A DNA stretch of 64,000 nt. It comes from Felis catus (lineage: Eukaryota). Under the pieces are notes generated by a model that saw only the letters and a list, made by a program, of their open reading frames with translations, was not told where the DNA came from and made no database searches. Positions within the stretch are counted from its first letter, which is position 1, and every line of letters begins with the position of its first letter. The DNA lies in NCBI RefSeq assembly GCF_018350175.1, contig NC_058369.1, forward strand, positions 18,044,001 to 18,108,000. Direction: 5' to 3'. Positions 25,771-40,199 of this stretch are shown one piece after another. A program made the translations under genes and the position numbers.

Positions 25771-28284
25771 GTGCAGAAAAGGAAACCCTTGAACTGGCTG
25801 ATAAAAGGCTAGTAATGGGGCATCTGGGTGGCTCAGTCAGTTAAGGATCCAACTCTTGATTTCAGCTCAGGTCATGATCGCATGGTTCGTGAGCTCGAGC
25901 CCCACTGTCAACGCAGAGCCTGCTTGGGATTCTCTGTCTCTCTCTCTCTCTCTCTGCCCCTCCCCCGTTCAGGCTCTGTCTCTCTCTCTCTGTCCCATAA
26001 ATAAATAAATGTTGAAAAAAAAATAATAAAAAAATAAAAAGTTCTTATTGATTGTCCAACCAAAGATTTTAATATGTGCATATTCCCTGGTTTTCAAGGA
26101 TATGAGTTCTAAGATCAACAGAAAAGATTGCCCAACCAATTATAGTTATCATACCAGTCACTATGATAAGTATATAGTATACATTATCTTTAATGTTCAC
26201 CACGATTGATGAATAGTCAAGGATTCCCCTTTTAAGAATGAAAATACTGAAGGAGCACCTGGGTGGCTCAGTTGGTTAAGCGTCTGCCTTTTGATTTTGG
26301 CTCAGGTCATGATCTCACAGTTTGTGAAATCAAGCCCCACGTTGGGCTTCATACTGACAGCGTGGAGCCTGCTTGGGATTCTCTCCCTCTGTCTCTCTCT
26401 GTCCCTCCCCAGCTTGTACTTTCCCTCTCTCTCAAAATAAATAAACTTAAGGAAAAAAAAAAGAATGAAAATACTAAAGGTCAGTGCTGTGACACAGCAA
26501 GGGTATAAAGCAAGGTCTGCCTGATTTAGTGTAAGTCAGTTTCCAGTGAATTTAATTAACATGAGTCAGTCATCAAGGGACTGATCATATATGGGCATAT
26601 TTAAAGCATCTATTTTCTGGACCTGAAAAACAGAATAACAAATTTTAGAAGTGGTGACTCAACTAAGGAAAACATCCTTTTTTGTTTTTTTATATAACAT
26701 TCCTGCTAACCCGTAACACTAACTCTTTCACTTGGCTCAGTTCAGGCCCTAATCACTATTCATTTGTATCATTATAATGGATTATAAGGGGGTCTCCCAG
26801 CATCCACTCTGGCTCTGCTTCAAACCAGCTCTTCACACTGCTTGCCTAGGGTACAAATATGATGGTGTCCCTCCCATTTATAAAGCTTTTTTTTTTTTTT
26901 TTTAAGTTTATTTTTTGAGAGAGAGAGAGTGCAGAGGAGGAGCAGAGAGAGAATCTCAAGCAGACACTGCACTGTCAGCACAGAGCCCGATGTGGGGTTC
27001 GAACTCACAAACCTTGAGATCACAACCTGAGCTGAAATTGAGTTGGCCACTTAACTGACTGAGCCATCCAGGCGCCCCTATAAAGCTTTATTAATGGGTC
27101 ACCAAACCACAGCAGCATTTTCCAAACTTGTGTGGCCAAAGACTGTTTTAAACTAAAAGAACATCACTTGGCACTCACAATATCTACTGAGTTCTTGGAC
27201 TGGAATAGAGAGGAAAACATGGCCTCAGTAACTGAGGCAAAAATAAATGAATGGGGTGCCTGGTTGGACCAGTTGATTAAGCGTCCAACTTCGGCTCAGG
27301 TCATGATCTCACGGTTTGTGAGTTCGAGCCCCACATCAGGCTCTGTGCCGACAGCTCAGAGCCTGGGTCCTGCTTCAGATTCTGCGTCTCCCTCTCTCTC
27401 TGCCCCTCCTAGCTTGTGCTCTGTGTGTGTCTCTCTCAAAAATATTTAAAAAACAAACAAACAAACTTTATGGTCGAATAAAAACCAAATTGGGGCCCCT
27501 GGCTGGCTCAGTTGGTAGGGCACGCAACTCTTGATCTCAGGGTCATGAGTTCAAGCCCTACAATTAGGCATGAGGTCTACTTCAAAAAAATAATAAATCA
27601 ATTTAAAAAACATTAAAAATTAAGCCATTTTAATTTTCTTATAAACAAAATTTCACAAGTTATAAGAACACAAAACAAATGTCACAGACTAGCAATTAAA
27701 TGGAAATCACATATCATGCTAGTTAGTAAATCTTAATCATGCAATGTAAGCTGTAGATTCCAAGTCACACATGTATGTGTTCATGATGTCCCAGTATTCT
27801 TAACTTTTATAATTATACAAATGTGTTTAGAATTTCTAGTTTTGTACTTTAAAAATACATTTTGAATTTTTTTTTAACGTTTATTTATTTTTGAGACAGA
27901 GAGAGACAGAGCATGAACAGGGGAGGGGCAGAGAGAGAGGGAGACACAGAATCTGAAACGGGCTCCAGGCTCTGAGCTGTCAGCACAGAGCCCGACGCGG
28001 GGCTTGAACTCACGGATCATGAGATCGTGACCCGAGCCGAAGTCGGACGCTTAACCGACTGAGCCACCCAGGCGCCCCTAAAAATACATTTTAGAATAAA
28101 AATTACTCAATTGTCACTTTTCTTTTTTTAAGTCCTATAACATCTATTACACTGGCATTCTCCCTCCAGCTTTAGCAGGTGGCAAGATAACCGAGGAGCT
28201 TGTTAAACTGCACAGTGTGTCACAACTTCCCTCTGGGTCATGTTGTTCAGTGAAGAGTACAGCAGTATACTTCCCTGTGTTTCA

Positions 28285-29375
28285 GAAAGAAGGGGAAAAG
28301 GTATGGAAGTTTCTCAAAAAATTAAAAATAAAAATACCATATGATCCAATAATTCCACTCCTGAGTAGTGTTTACCAAAAAGAAAAAAAAAAAAAAAAAG
28401 GAAACACTAATTCAAAAAGATATATGTGGGGCACATGGGAGGCTCAGTCGGTTAAGCATCTGACTCAATCTCAGCTCAGGTCTTGATCTCAAGGTCATGA
28501 GTTCCAGCTCCATGATGGGCTCTATGCTAGATGTGAAGCCTACCTACTGCCCCCTCCCCCCCAAAAAAGATCTGTGCAATGCTATATTTACTGCAAAATT
28601 ATATACAATAGCCAAGATATAAAAGCAACCTAAGTGTCCATTAATAGATGAATGGATAAGGAAGATGTGGGGTGTGTGTATAAATATATATAATGGAATA
28701 TTATGCAGCCATAAAAAGGATGAGATTGTGGCAATATGGATGGACCTAAACAATATTATGCTAAGCAAAATAAGTCAGATTTTTTTAAGTTTATTTATTT
28801 TGAGAGAGACAAAGACACCACAAGCTGGTGAGGGTCAGAGAGAGAGAGAGAGACAGACAGAATCCCAAGCAGGCTCCACACTGCCAGCACAGAACCCAAC
28901 ACAGGGCTCAAACTCACGAAACTATGTGATCATGACCTGAGCCAAAACCAAGAGACGGACGCTTAATCAACTGAGCCACCCAGGTGTCCCGCAAAATAAA
29001 CCAGGTTGATAAAGGTAAATGCCATATGATTTCACTTATATGTGGAATCCAAAAATACGAGTGAATAAACGAACAAAAAGCAAAACCAGACCTATAAATA
29101 TAGAGAACAAACTGATGGTTGCCAGAGGGGAGGGAAGGGCAAAATGGGTGAAGGGATAGAAGCTTCCAGACATGGCATGAATAAGTCATGGGAATAAAGG
29201 GCATAGATAGCATAAGAAATATAGTCAATGATACTGTAATAGCATTTTATGGGGACAGATGGTAGCTTTACTTGTGAGCACAGCATAATACATAACCTTG
29301 TGGAAGCACTGTTGCATACCTGAAACTAATGTAACCCTGTATGCCAACTATACTCAAAGTAAAAAAAGAAAGAAA
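28285..29375 (+). mobile_element. Carnivore L1 3' fragment with two SINE insertions
   Basis: VWKFLKKLKIKIPYDPIIPLL motif and a 3' UTR ending in an A-rich tail. Confidence 0.8.
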
Positions 29376-30492
29376 AAGAAGGAATCAAAATAGATCTATT
29401 TTCATATGTGCACATGTGTGTGCACGCACACACACACATTTTAATGGAACAATATATCATTAAAAAAATTAAATGTCAGTAGCTCTTAACTTTGGCTATC
29501 CATGAGAATCACCTGGAATCATATAAAAATTACTGATGCTTGGTCTCACTCTCCTTCAATTCCTCTCCCCAAATAATGAATTGATTGCACCCAAGCTTGA
29601 GGCACCCTGAATGGCTCAGGTTAAGTGTCCAGCTCTTGATTTAAGCTCAGGTCATGATCTCATGGTTTGTGAGACTGAGCCCCATATTGGGCTGACAGCA
29701 CAGAGCCTGTTTGGGATTCTCTCACTCCAAACTCACTGCCCTCCCCACCCCCCCCCACCCCACCCCCCCCCCCCCCCCCCCCCCCCACCCCCCCCCCACC
29801 CCGCTCGCACATTTGCTCTCTCTCTCAAAATAAATAAACACCAAAAAAACAAAAACAAAAACAAACAAACAAACCTCCCAAGGTTGAAAACCATTACTAC
29901 AGAGGAGGGAGGGAATCAAGTGGAGGCTTTAAGGGTAGAAGCCAGACTTCTCTGAATATACCTTTTTTTTGCAGATTTAACTTTGAATTTGAAAAAGCAA
30001 TCCCCAAAACATAAAGCAAACTAACTGTGTATTGAGTTGAGAGAAAAACCATAAAAATAACTATTTCAAGAGACTTGAACTTGATACTCTAGTGGGATAT
30101 ATCCTAAAGATAATAAGAACTCAAGAAAATCTTCAACAGTTTGTTTCAAACATCGTTACTTCCAGCCTTATGATTCTGAGACTGTTTCATGTGCATTATG
30201 GGATTAAGAAAATGAGTAATTATGTTACTGAACACGGGGATTTTCTGGCATTAGAGAAAGGATATACATTAGGTTAAGTAAAAGCAGTATAGTCCTGAAT
30301 TTGAATTGGAAATATAACTAAACGCAGTAGCAATGAGTATCTCTACCATCCAGATTATGGTCTCCACCATTTTTGCCTAAAAGGAAACAAGGCTCCTTGA
30401 AGAAATTGCTGATTGCTAGTCTGGAGATAAACATGTAACAAGACTGGGAAATTTTCTACCAGAAATCACAGATGCTATAAAAAACTGCTAAG

Positions 30493-30714
30493 GGGGCGCC
30501 TGGGTGGCACAGTCGGTTAAGCGTCCGACTTCAGCCACGTCACGATCTCGCGGTCCGTGAGTTCGAGCCCCGCGTCGGGCTCTGGGCTGATGGCTCAGAG
30601 CCTGGAGCCTGTTTCCGATTCTGTGTCTCCCTCTCTCTCTGCCCCTCCCCCGTTCATGCTCTGTCTCTCTCTGTCGCAAAAATAAATAAACGTTGAAAAA
30701 AAAAATTAAAAAAA
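30493..30714 (+). mobile_element. Young feline Can-SINE
   Basis: TSD aaaaaactgctaag. Confidence 0.92.
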
Positions 30715-31424
30715 AAAAAACTGCTAAGATTGGGGCACCTGGGTGGCTCAGTTGGTTAAGCACCCGACTCCTGGTTTTGGCTCAGGTCATGATCTAGCAG
30801 TTCGTGAGTTTGAGCCCCACATTGGGCTCTGCGCTGGCAGCTTGGACCCTGCTTGGGATTCTCTCTCTCCCTCTCTCTCTGCCCCTCCTCTGCTTGTGTG
30901 CTAGCGCACACGTGCCCCCCCCCCCGCAAAACAAATATACTTAAAGAGGTTTCCACTACACAAAAAATGGGATGAGCATCAAATAAGAACATATAGCAAT
31001 GGACTAAAACACCAAATACAATTAAAATAATTGAGTTTATATGGTATTTTGCCAAAGACTTCATTGGTCATCTTTGGAGGATGCCAGAGAATCAATTTAT
31101 TATTCTGAACACAGGTAAATAGAAGAAAAGACTCCGCATTTATCCGGTCTTTCCTGAACAAACTATTTTGCAGAGTGACCAAAGTTAATGAGAGGAAGTT
31201 TTTCTTTACAGAAACATTCCAGTATGCAGTGAAGAAAGAATGACAGAATTAATGCCATCTGAAACTTGAGTGAATTAATGGATACAATCCAGGCAATGTT
31301 CAACATGCTCATCAGCATCATAAATGAGAGACCAGTTAGCCTTATGTCCCTTTTTTTTTTTAATTTTTTTAAGTTTATTTATTTATGTTGAGAGAGACTA
31401 AGTAGAGTAGGGGTAGAGAGAGAG

Positions 31425-31480
<56 letters not shown>

Positions 31481-31717
31481 CCCAAGCAGGCTCTGCACTG
31501 TCAGTGCAGAGGCTGATGCAGGGCTGGAACCCATAAACTGTAAGATCATGACCCAAGCCAAAAACAAAAGTCAAGAAACTTACCTGACTAAGCCACCCAG
31601 GCACCCTGCCTTATGTGCCTTCTAATGGAAAACACATCAGAAACTATGAAATAGTTGGTGGAGGTGGTGGGAGGTAGCAGGTGGGGAACAAACTTGAATC
31701 TGATCAAGCCTACACAA

Positions 31718-31901
31718 CAATGGCTCTCAAACTTTAGGGTACATCAAAATCATTATGAAGATCTTGTTAAAATACAGATTGCAGGCCCCCATTCTCAGGG
31801 TTTCTGAATCAACAGAGTAAGACCAAGAATCTGTATTTCTAACAAGTTTCCCAGTTGAAGCTGATGTTGCTGATCCTAGAACCTCACTTTTAGAACCACT
31901 G
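31718..31901. mobile_element. MER5A-like hAT-Charlie MITE
   Basis: Terminal inverted ends caatggctctcaaact / ttttagaaccactg and core aatctgtatttctaacaagtttccc. Confidence 0.75.
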
Positions 31902-33419
31902 CTCTAGTACTAATTATGAATTTAGAGAAAAAAATGGGAGAGAGGAACTGTGATGCAAACATCATGGGGATGCAATCAGTAAACACAAGACTGAAAAATA
32001 TCTACAAAATAAACTTCCTTGTACAAATAAACTTCAAAAGAAAAAAAAAAGAGAGTGAGAATGGGGGAGTGGAGAAAAAGAGATCCTATAGTTTAAAAGA
32101 GACTTAAGAGATAATGCAGCCAAATGTAACCTATGGACCTCATTTGGAGACTGAAGTTTGAATGCAGATTGACTATTTGATACTAAGGAAATATTGTTCA
32201 TTATTTTACAGGTAATAAAAATTTTATGGGTATATTTTTAAAACTAGTCCTTAAAGATATAAGGTTAAATATTTATGGATAAAATTATTCCTATAATTTT
32301 AATTATCTGGGAGGAAGGTGGTTTAAGTAGGAATGACTCAAAACTGGTGCAAGCTCACACCAGATCAGGAGAACTGCTTCCAAGAATCTTTCCTCAGCTA
32401 GGGGCTCCTGGGTGGCTCAGCTGGTTAAGCGTCCAGCTTCGGCTCAGGTCATAATTTCATGGTTCGTGAGTTTGAGCCCTGCATCGGGCTCTGTGCTGAC
32501 AGCTCAGAGCCCGGAGCCTGCTTTGGATTCTGTGTCTCCCTCTCTCTCTGCCCCTCCCCTCCTTGCACTCTGTCTCTCTCTGTCTCTCAAAAATAAATAA
32601 ACATTTAAAAATTTGAAAAAAAAAAAAAAGAAAGAAAGAAAAAAAAAAAAGAATCTTTCCCCAACTCTTTGTTCAATGAAATTGTGTTGGGAACTTGAAA
32701 TTGGCATGGTAAATACATGGGTAAATATTCCCCAAGGGAAACTAGCAAGCACTATAAATCAGAGCTGGTTGCCATGGTATCAGTACCACGAAGTTGGGTG
32801 ATGAGTAGATGGGTTTATCACACTATTCTTCTTGCTATTGTCAATTATTAACATTTTCCGTCATAAAAAAAAAACAAAAAAGAAAATCAGCAGTTCTGTG
32901 GGCAGGGTGATTCTGATACAGATGGTTCACTTACACAGTTTACAAAACACTGCCCTAACACATCCAGCCACTAAACACAGTCACTTATTCTGAAATAACC
33001 ATTGCCAGACACAACCCCTGCCTCATGTGTACTAGTAGATGTGATATCTCTCTGCTCCTAAAGTGCCCACTGACTAAAAAGATCCATCTTTAACCCAATG
33101 CCATTGTCCAAGACTCAAAGAAGACAGCTCCATTTCAAGGGCTGAGCACTCCTTCTCTATCATAACACACAAAAACCCCATATGTCTACTACATTACACT
33201 AAAATCTCCTAAGAGTGGAGACAGGGACTTCCCTGCCACCTTTTGTCTAGCACAATCTTGGCACACATAGACACTAAATATAAATGGACTGAATGAATTA
33301 TTCCTATCATCCAGGCTGAAAAGGACTAAAAGCCAAATCTCCTTTCTGATGTATATATCCTCGCACCAACTCACATATGGCCACCAATTTAAGTAGAATT
33401 GTAGAAGGAATATAAAACT

Positions 33420-34126
33420 ATTCTGACACCAATTGGTGGATTTCAATACAATTCTGATGTTAACCACCCAGAGTAGCATCAAAATCCACAGTTAAAGAAC
33501 ATGGTCCCTAACAAGACTGCCCCTGCCTCAGATGCAACTACACTTTGGGAGTCACCAGGACAATCATATTTCTGACCTACTGGCTACAAATTCAGAGGTT
33601 CCCACAACTCAGGTATGATTTGTTAGAACAACTCACAGGACCCCAGAAAGCACTATACTTACAATTTTATTATAAAGGATACAAATCAGGGCTAGCCAAA
33701 TGAAGAAATATACAGGATAAGGTCTGGAAGAGTCCTGAACACAAAGTTTTCCATGCCCTCTGGAATCAGGGCACATCACCCTCCTAGAATATAAACGTGT
33801 TCACCAAAAAGGAAGCGCCACTAAGCTTTAGAGTTCAAAGGTTTTTTTCAGGGTTTTATTCCATATTCATGATTGAATCCTGGGCCACATGATTTTAAAC
33901 TCAATCTCCAGCCCCACTTTTCCCCAGAGGTCAGACTGGCTCAAAGTCCAATCCTCTAACTATATGGCTGGTCCTTCTGGTAACCAGGCCCCATTCTGAA
34001 TTATCGCATTAACATTAACTCAGGTGTGATCCAAGGAACTCATGAATAAGAAAGACACTCCATCCCTTGGGAAAGTCTAAGAATTTTGGAAGGCACAAAG
34101 GCCAAGCACATTCTTTATTATACAAC
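33420..34126 (-). mobile_element. MER21-family LTR
   Basis: Reverse-complement similarity to MER21 (aagactgcccctgcctcagatgc; ttttattataaaggatacaa). Confidence 0.65.
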
Positions 34127-34603
34127 AAAAACAAACTGCTAAAATTCTCTCGCCAACTTACAAAAATAAAGACAAATGTAAAGATATCTAAGACCACAGA
34201 TGCTCACTCATTTTAGGAGCATTAAATCCCATTCTCATTTATTAGATACCACTTTCAGATACCACTCATCTAGTAGACTACACACCATTAAAAAAAATTT
34301 TTTTATACGTTAAATTTAACTATATTCCAAGAGTTATCTAGTGATTGCAACAAAACTCTATAACATCACCAACCAGATCGGGCTTCTCTTTCTCTTTTGT
34401 GTAGTTGAGAGTTGGCCTGGTAATGGCAAGACAAATCACCTCCTTGTTAATAATAATGGAATCACCAAACAAAAGAGCCTCAATAATTTTTCCCAAAGGA
34501 GCCATCAAGACTGTGGCAAAAGGTGACAAGTATGCCTATTTATGGTATGAAACAAATCTTCCTCTAATCATAATTTTACTTTTCTTTAAAAATACTGGAT
34601 GTC

Positions 34604-35095
34604 GGGGCGCCTGGGTGGCGCAGTCGGTAAGCGCCCGACTTCAGCCAGGTCACGATCTAGCGGTCCGTGAGTTCGAGCCCCGCGTCAGGCTCTGGGCTGA
34701 TGGCTCGGAGCCTGGAGCCTGTTTCCGATTCTGTGTCTCCCTCTCTCTCTGCCCCTCCCCCGTTCATGCTCTGTCTCTCTCTGTCCCAAAAATAAATAAA
34801 CGTTGAAAAAAAAAATTTTTTTTTAAATAATAAATAAAAATACTGGATGTCTTGGGGCACCTGGGTGGATTGGTCGGTTAAGCGTCCGATTTCGGCTCAG
34901 ATCATGATTGTGCAGTTCCTGAGTTCGAGCCCCGCATCGGGCTCTGTGCTGACAGCTCAGAGCCTGGAGACTGCTTGGGATTCTGTGTCTGTGTCTCCCT
35001 CTCTCTCTGCCCCTCCCTGGCTCGTGCTCATGCACGCTCGCTCGCTCTCTCTCTCTCTCTCAAAGATAAACATTAAAAATTTTTTTAATAAAAAT
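34604..35095 (+). mobile_element. Two tandem Can-SINEs sharing one target site
   Basis: aaaaatactggatgtc at 34588, 34836 and 35096. Confidence 0.92.
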
Positions 35096-35954
35096 AAAAA
35101 TACTGGATGTCTCAAAAAATGGAAATGCTTTAATTGTAACATTGCAAACTGAACAGTAATTCTCCAGCCACTGGTTTAGCCAAAAACTTTTTGTCCAAAT
35201 TTGAACATCATTAATCATTGTCTTCACACATAGTATCTTGTGGGGGTATCACATCTTAAAACTGTTTCTAACAACCTCCCAGGCAGGTATTAGGGCTTGG
35301 ACTGAGAAAAACTCAAGGCATCTATTTTTTTTATTTTAATTCAAGTGGAGCCCTAAATGCAAAATAAATAATAGAAGCTAAAAGTTTTAGTTACTGGGCT
35401 GTGAACACTCCCCCCCCCTTTTTTTTTTAACTCCAAAGAATCATAAACTAAGTTTTACACCTAAGAGGAAAAATGACATGAGAAAAACTTATTCTGAAGA
35501 TACGATATACAAGAACAGTCCTAGCCGACCACATATTTCTAGAGACAAAATAGCTGTGCCAACACCTATTTTAGTCTGGAGCCACATCATCCAAAATTAT
35601 TACAAAAAGATTTAATGAGCAAAATGTTTCCCCTATTATTTCCCTCAAGTTGCTTTTTATTTGAAGGGGAAGCCTTGATCCATTTTTACTGAGGAAACAT
35701 TTAATCTTGAAATAATATCTCATCCTTCACCAGAACTGTAAACCAAGGCTATTCTGTGCTACAGGTGATGAAAACAAGCTCCTCACAGTCTCCAGAATGG
35801 GCACATATGCCCAACCTGTCCTTACCTACATATTACACACTGGTGTCCTCAAATGCATTTGGTTCTTCAAATGAGGACATTTCAAAGCTGCCCGTAGATT
35901 ACTAAAAATACTTTAAAGCTGAGGTTTTTTTTATTTAATGTTTATTTATTTATT

Positions 35955-35999
<45 letters not shown>

Positions 36000-38180
36000 A
36001 TGAGGGCAGAGAGAGAGGAGACACAGAATCCGAAGCAGGCTACAGGCTCCGAGCTGTCAGCACTGAGTGCCACATGGGGCTCGAACTCACGAACCATGAG
36101 ATCATGACCTGAGCCGAAGTCGGACACTTAACCGACTGAGCCACCCAGGAGCCCACTAAAGCTCAGTTTTTTGTATTAATGCTAGCGTAAATCTTTTGTG
36201 TTCTGTGAGTAAGTGTCCTCTAATTATTTTTTTAATAATCCTATTTCCTTAGTAAGGGCTGCCATGCAAAAAGAGGCTGCTTTTTCTCTTGTACGTATTT
36301 GGAAAATTATTTCTTCCACACAATTCATTCTCATAGCTGCTTTCAAAAAGAGCAGTAGGGTTCTCAGTTTGACTAAAAGCTTGGAAGAAGGAAGAAGGCC
36401 ACACATCTTTTAGACGCACAAATGAAGCGGGTTCCTAAGGAGCAGTAACCCCACATTCTCACACCCAGGAAGCTGCTGAGTGCCACGCCCCACCCTCACC
36501 TGCCTCACAGGGAATACAGGCCACAGGAGCCTCACCAGAGTCACAGATATGTTCATTACCATGTGATAAAAACAGGACTTAACGTATCTCTCAAAGAGGA
36601 AAACTAGGCAGAGGAGCAGTGTGTGATTCATAGTACTGTGTAGCTCACTTCTCTAACTGGAAACTATTCTGTTCTTTTCTATAATAAAAACAGTGTGTGA
36701 GCAGATCACTGAGGGACAGCATTCTTTTTCTAAAACTGAGAATATTTTAACAGTAAGTATTAGAAGCAGGGCTTAAAAAAAAACACTTAAAATTCAGTAT
36801 TCTCAAGTATCTCCATTAAAAAAAACTAATCCAAGGATAATTCAATCACCTCACTGCGGATTTAAAATATCTGGCTATTTCCAGAAACCACAATGTGAAA
36901 GTTAGTGATTTCCTCATTATCATAATTGCTTCCTAAGTATTTTCATTATAATAGTGACCTTTTAGTTTCTTTCATTTTTTTAACACAGTAAGAAGTTTAT
37001 AAGAGCAACATATGGAAAATTCCCAATAGCGCATCATTTCTCATCAGATAGTGAAAAGTTGTGAGACTTGAAAGAAGTTCAAAGGGCGCCTAGGTGGTTC
37101 AGTTGGTTAAGCGTCCAACTTCGACTCAAGTCATGATCTCACGGCTTGTGGGTTCCAGCCACTCAACAGGCTCTGTGCTGACAGCTCGGAGGCTGCAGCC
37201 TGCTTTGGATTCTGTGTCTCCCTCTTTCTTTGCCCCTTCTCCACTCATGCTCTGTCTCTCCCTGTCTAAAAGTAAATAAACATTTAAAAAAAAAAAATTT
37301 ATGGGGCTCCTGGGTGGCTCAGTCAGTTGAGCGTTCAACTTCAGCTCAGGTCATGATCTCGCGGTTGTCTAGTTCAAGTCCTGCATCGGGCTCTGTGCTG
37401 ACAGCTCAGAACCTGGAGCCTGCTTCATATTCTCCCTCTCTCCCTCTCTCTCTGCCCCTCCCCTGCTCGCACTCTGTCTCTCTCTCCCTCAAAATAAATA
37501 AACATTAAAAAAAAAATTTTTTTTTTAATTTGTAAGGGCACCTGGGTGGCTCAGTCAGTTAAGTGTCTGACTTCGGCTCAGGTCATGATCTCATGGTTCG
37601 TGAGTTCGAGCCCCACGTTGGGCTCTGTGCTGACATCTCAGAGCCTGGAGCCTGCTTCGGATTCTATGTCTCTCTGCCTCTCTCCTGCTGGCACTCTGTC
37701 TCTCTTTCAAAGAGTAAATAAACATTATTTTTTTTTTAATTTTATTATAAAAATAAAAAGAACTAAGTTCCAATAAGCTGTCTTTTCATTAATTTCTAGT
37801 GAAAAGATTTTGTATGAAGAAGTTGTTATTTTTTAAAAAGAACCTTCCCCCAAATAAAGTCTGCATTATAGCAATCTTTAAAAAAAAAAAAAAAAATGCA
37901 GAAGCACCTGGGTAGTTAACTGACCTCGGTCAGTTAAGCGTCCAGCTCTTGATTTTGGCTCAGGTCATGATCCCACGGTTCTTGAGTTTGAGCCCCACAT
38001 CAGGCTCTGTGCTGGAAGTGCAGCACCTGCCTGGGATCCTTCTACCTCTCTTTCTCTCTGCCCCTCCCCTGCTCACTCTCATGCACGAGCGGAACAAGCT
38101 CTCTCAAAATATATAAACATTTTTTTTAAATGCATTTATTTCTCTTTCATGGATCCATGGTATTAAAAATAGCCAACAGT

Positions 38181-38400
38181 GGGGCGCCTGGGTGGCGCAG
38201 TCGGTTAAGCATCCGACTTCAGCCAGGTCACGATCTCGAGGTCCAGGAGTTCGAGCCCCGCGTCAGGCTCTGGGCTGATGGCTCGGAGCCTGGAGCCTGT
38301 TTCCGATTCTGTGTCTCCCTCTCTCTCTGCCCCTCCCCCGTTCATGCTCTGTCTCTCTCTGTCCCAAAAATAAATAAAAAACGTTGAAAAAAAATTTTAA
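38181..38400 (+). mobile_element. Young feline Can-SINE
   Basis: TSD aaaaatagccaacag. Confidence 0.92.
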
Positions 38401-38917
38401 AAAAATAGCCAACAGACAGATAAGCTTAGAAAAATCAATAACAACACGTTTCAAGAGATAATTTTCCCTTCTTAAACATTCACCTCTATGAGATTCAACT
38501 AGTAAAAGACAAGGCCTTTAAGTAAAATCTTAAATTATCTTTTAAATTAAATAAAGGCAAATAACATTCCTTTCCACTCTCTGAATACATGTCCCCAGTT
38601 TCTGTTCTCACCCACCCAGCCTTAAGGCCTTCTTGCATCAGCTGCCTTCACTGGCTCCTTTCCTCTGACAGGAACATGCTAGGGGGGACTATGTCTTACC
38701 AATAACAAAAACCTTCCTTCACACCCACCTCTCTTTCAAGCTATCACTGGTTCTTTCTTCACTTCTTCAAAATGGACTCCCCATTCCTTATGTGCATCTT
38801 CTGCAGCCATCTGCTGTCACACACACTCCCAGTGTTGCTGCCACCAGACCTCTTCCACCACAACTCCACTTGGAGCCTCTATCCCTGTGCAATGTATGCA
38901 GCTTTTTTGTTCTTTTT

Positions 38918-39413
38918 TGTAACGCAAGGGACTGACTTAAACACTGATTAGGCATTCACTTCAAAGAGGCATCTACTTCAAGAGGGCTATCTTGAATAAA
39001 CACATTGCCAGCCACTTAATTAGATAAAAAGCCAGGCTGCCTTCCCTCACTGAGGCTCCTTTGTTTTAGAGATCTTGGTTGATTCTGATAAATGATTTGG
39101 AACACTTGTTTTTTCTCCTTCTATGTTTTAAATTCCCCAATAGTGAGCCGGAAAACCCTAGGCCCCTACCCTCAACTCCCAATAAAAGCAGAATCCTGGG
39201 CCTGTGTGTGCTCCTGCTCTCACTCCCAGGCATGTGCACTCTCCCCCCACCCCTCCCCGGCTAACCACCCTCAACGTCCTCGCTGTGTGGCTCCACGTGT
39301 GCTGTGTAATTTCCACATCCTGTAAATAATAAACCTTTATTTCTTCAAAGTTTCCTGATTGTTATTGCTGAAGGGTGTCTTGCAATTATAAGCACAAGGG
39401 CCAGTCCAACCAC
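38918..39413 (+). mobile_element. Solo LTR-like element
   Basis: Starts TGTAA, has a TATA-like aataaaagc and a downstream aataaacc, ends ...CA; about 500 bp. Confidence 0.5.
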
Positions 39414-39599
39414 AGCACAGGCTGTGACCAGCACGAAACACCCTGAGAATTACAGCTGAGTGCAACCACTTCAACACCAGCCTTACCTCTGCTGACCTCT
39501 CCATTGCTTCCAACACCACTGACTGACCAGTCGCTTCTGCTGCTCCCGTATCTGTGCTCCCCCAGTGTACTCTGTGATGCCAGTCTCCAAAATCAGCTG

Positions 39600-40160
39600 T
39601 CAGAAACTCACTCATTAAGTATCCATTATGGACCAAGTGTAAGCTAAGCACTGGAGACAAAGAATAAGACAGCTTCCCATCCTCAAGGAGCTTCTGTTCT
39701 ACTGATAGAGAAACAACAAAAAGCAAAGGAGAATTCTAGATCATTACTAGAGTTCTAATGTAAACTACCTGGGGTGCTATTAATCTCAACAACAAAAGGA
39801 CCCACTCTAAGCAGGACAATTTGAAAAGCCTCTCTGAAGCTGAATCCTAAGAGAAGAGGAGCCAGCTTGTCAGAGCCAGGAAAGAAAGATTCAGGAAGGG
39901 CCCACAGCAATCATACAGTAATTAGGGAGAGTGAGGCAAATGTAGAAATAAGCTTAGCAAGCAAGGATGGGTAGGGCTAGAGAGAAAAGGTACAGAGAAA
40001 GACTGGGACAAAATCCTGCAGGATTGTGTAGACCAGGGAAGATATGTAGATTTCATTCCATTTGCAATGAGGGGATTTAAACTGAAGAATGATATGATCT
40101 GAACTCCATTAAAAAAAAGTATCTCTGGCTACTAGCTGGAAAATGGACTAGAGAGGACAA
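39600..40160. mobile_element. L2-like fragment
   Basis: Decayed L2-type motifs (cactcattaagtatccatt...ctaagcactggagac; gatatgatctga...tctctggct). Confidence 0.5.
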
Positions 40161-40199
40161 GGTGCTCTTTTGGGGTAGGGATCCATAAAAAGCAGACTG

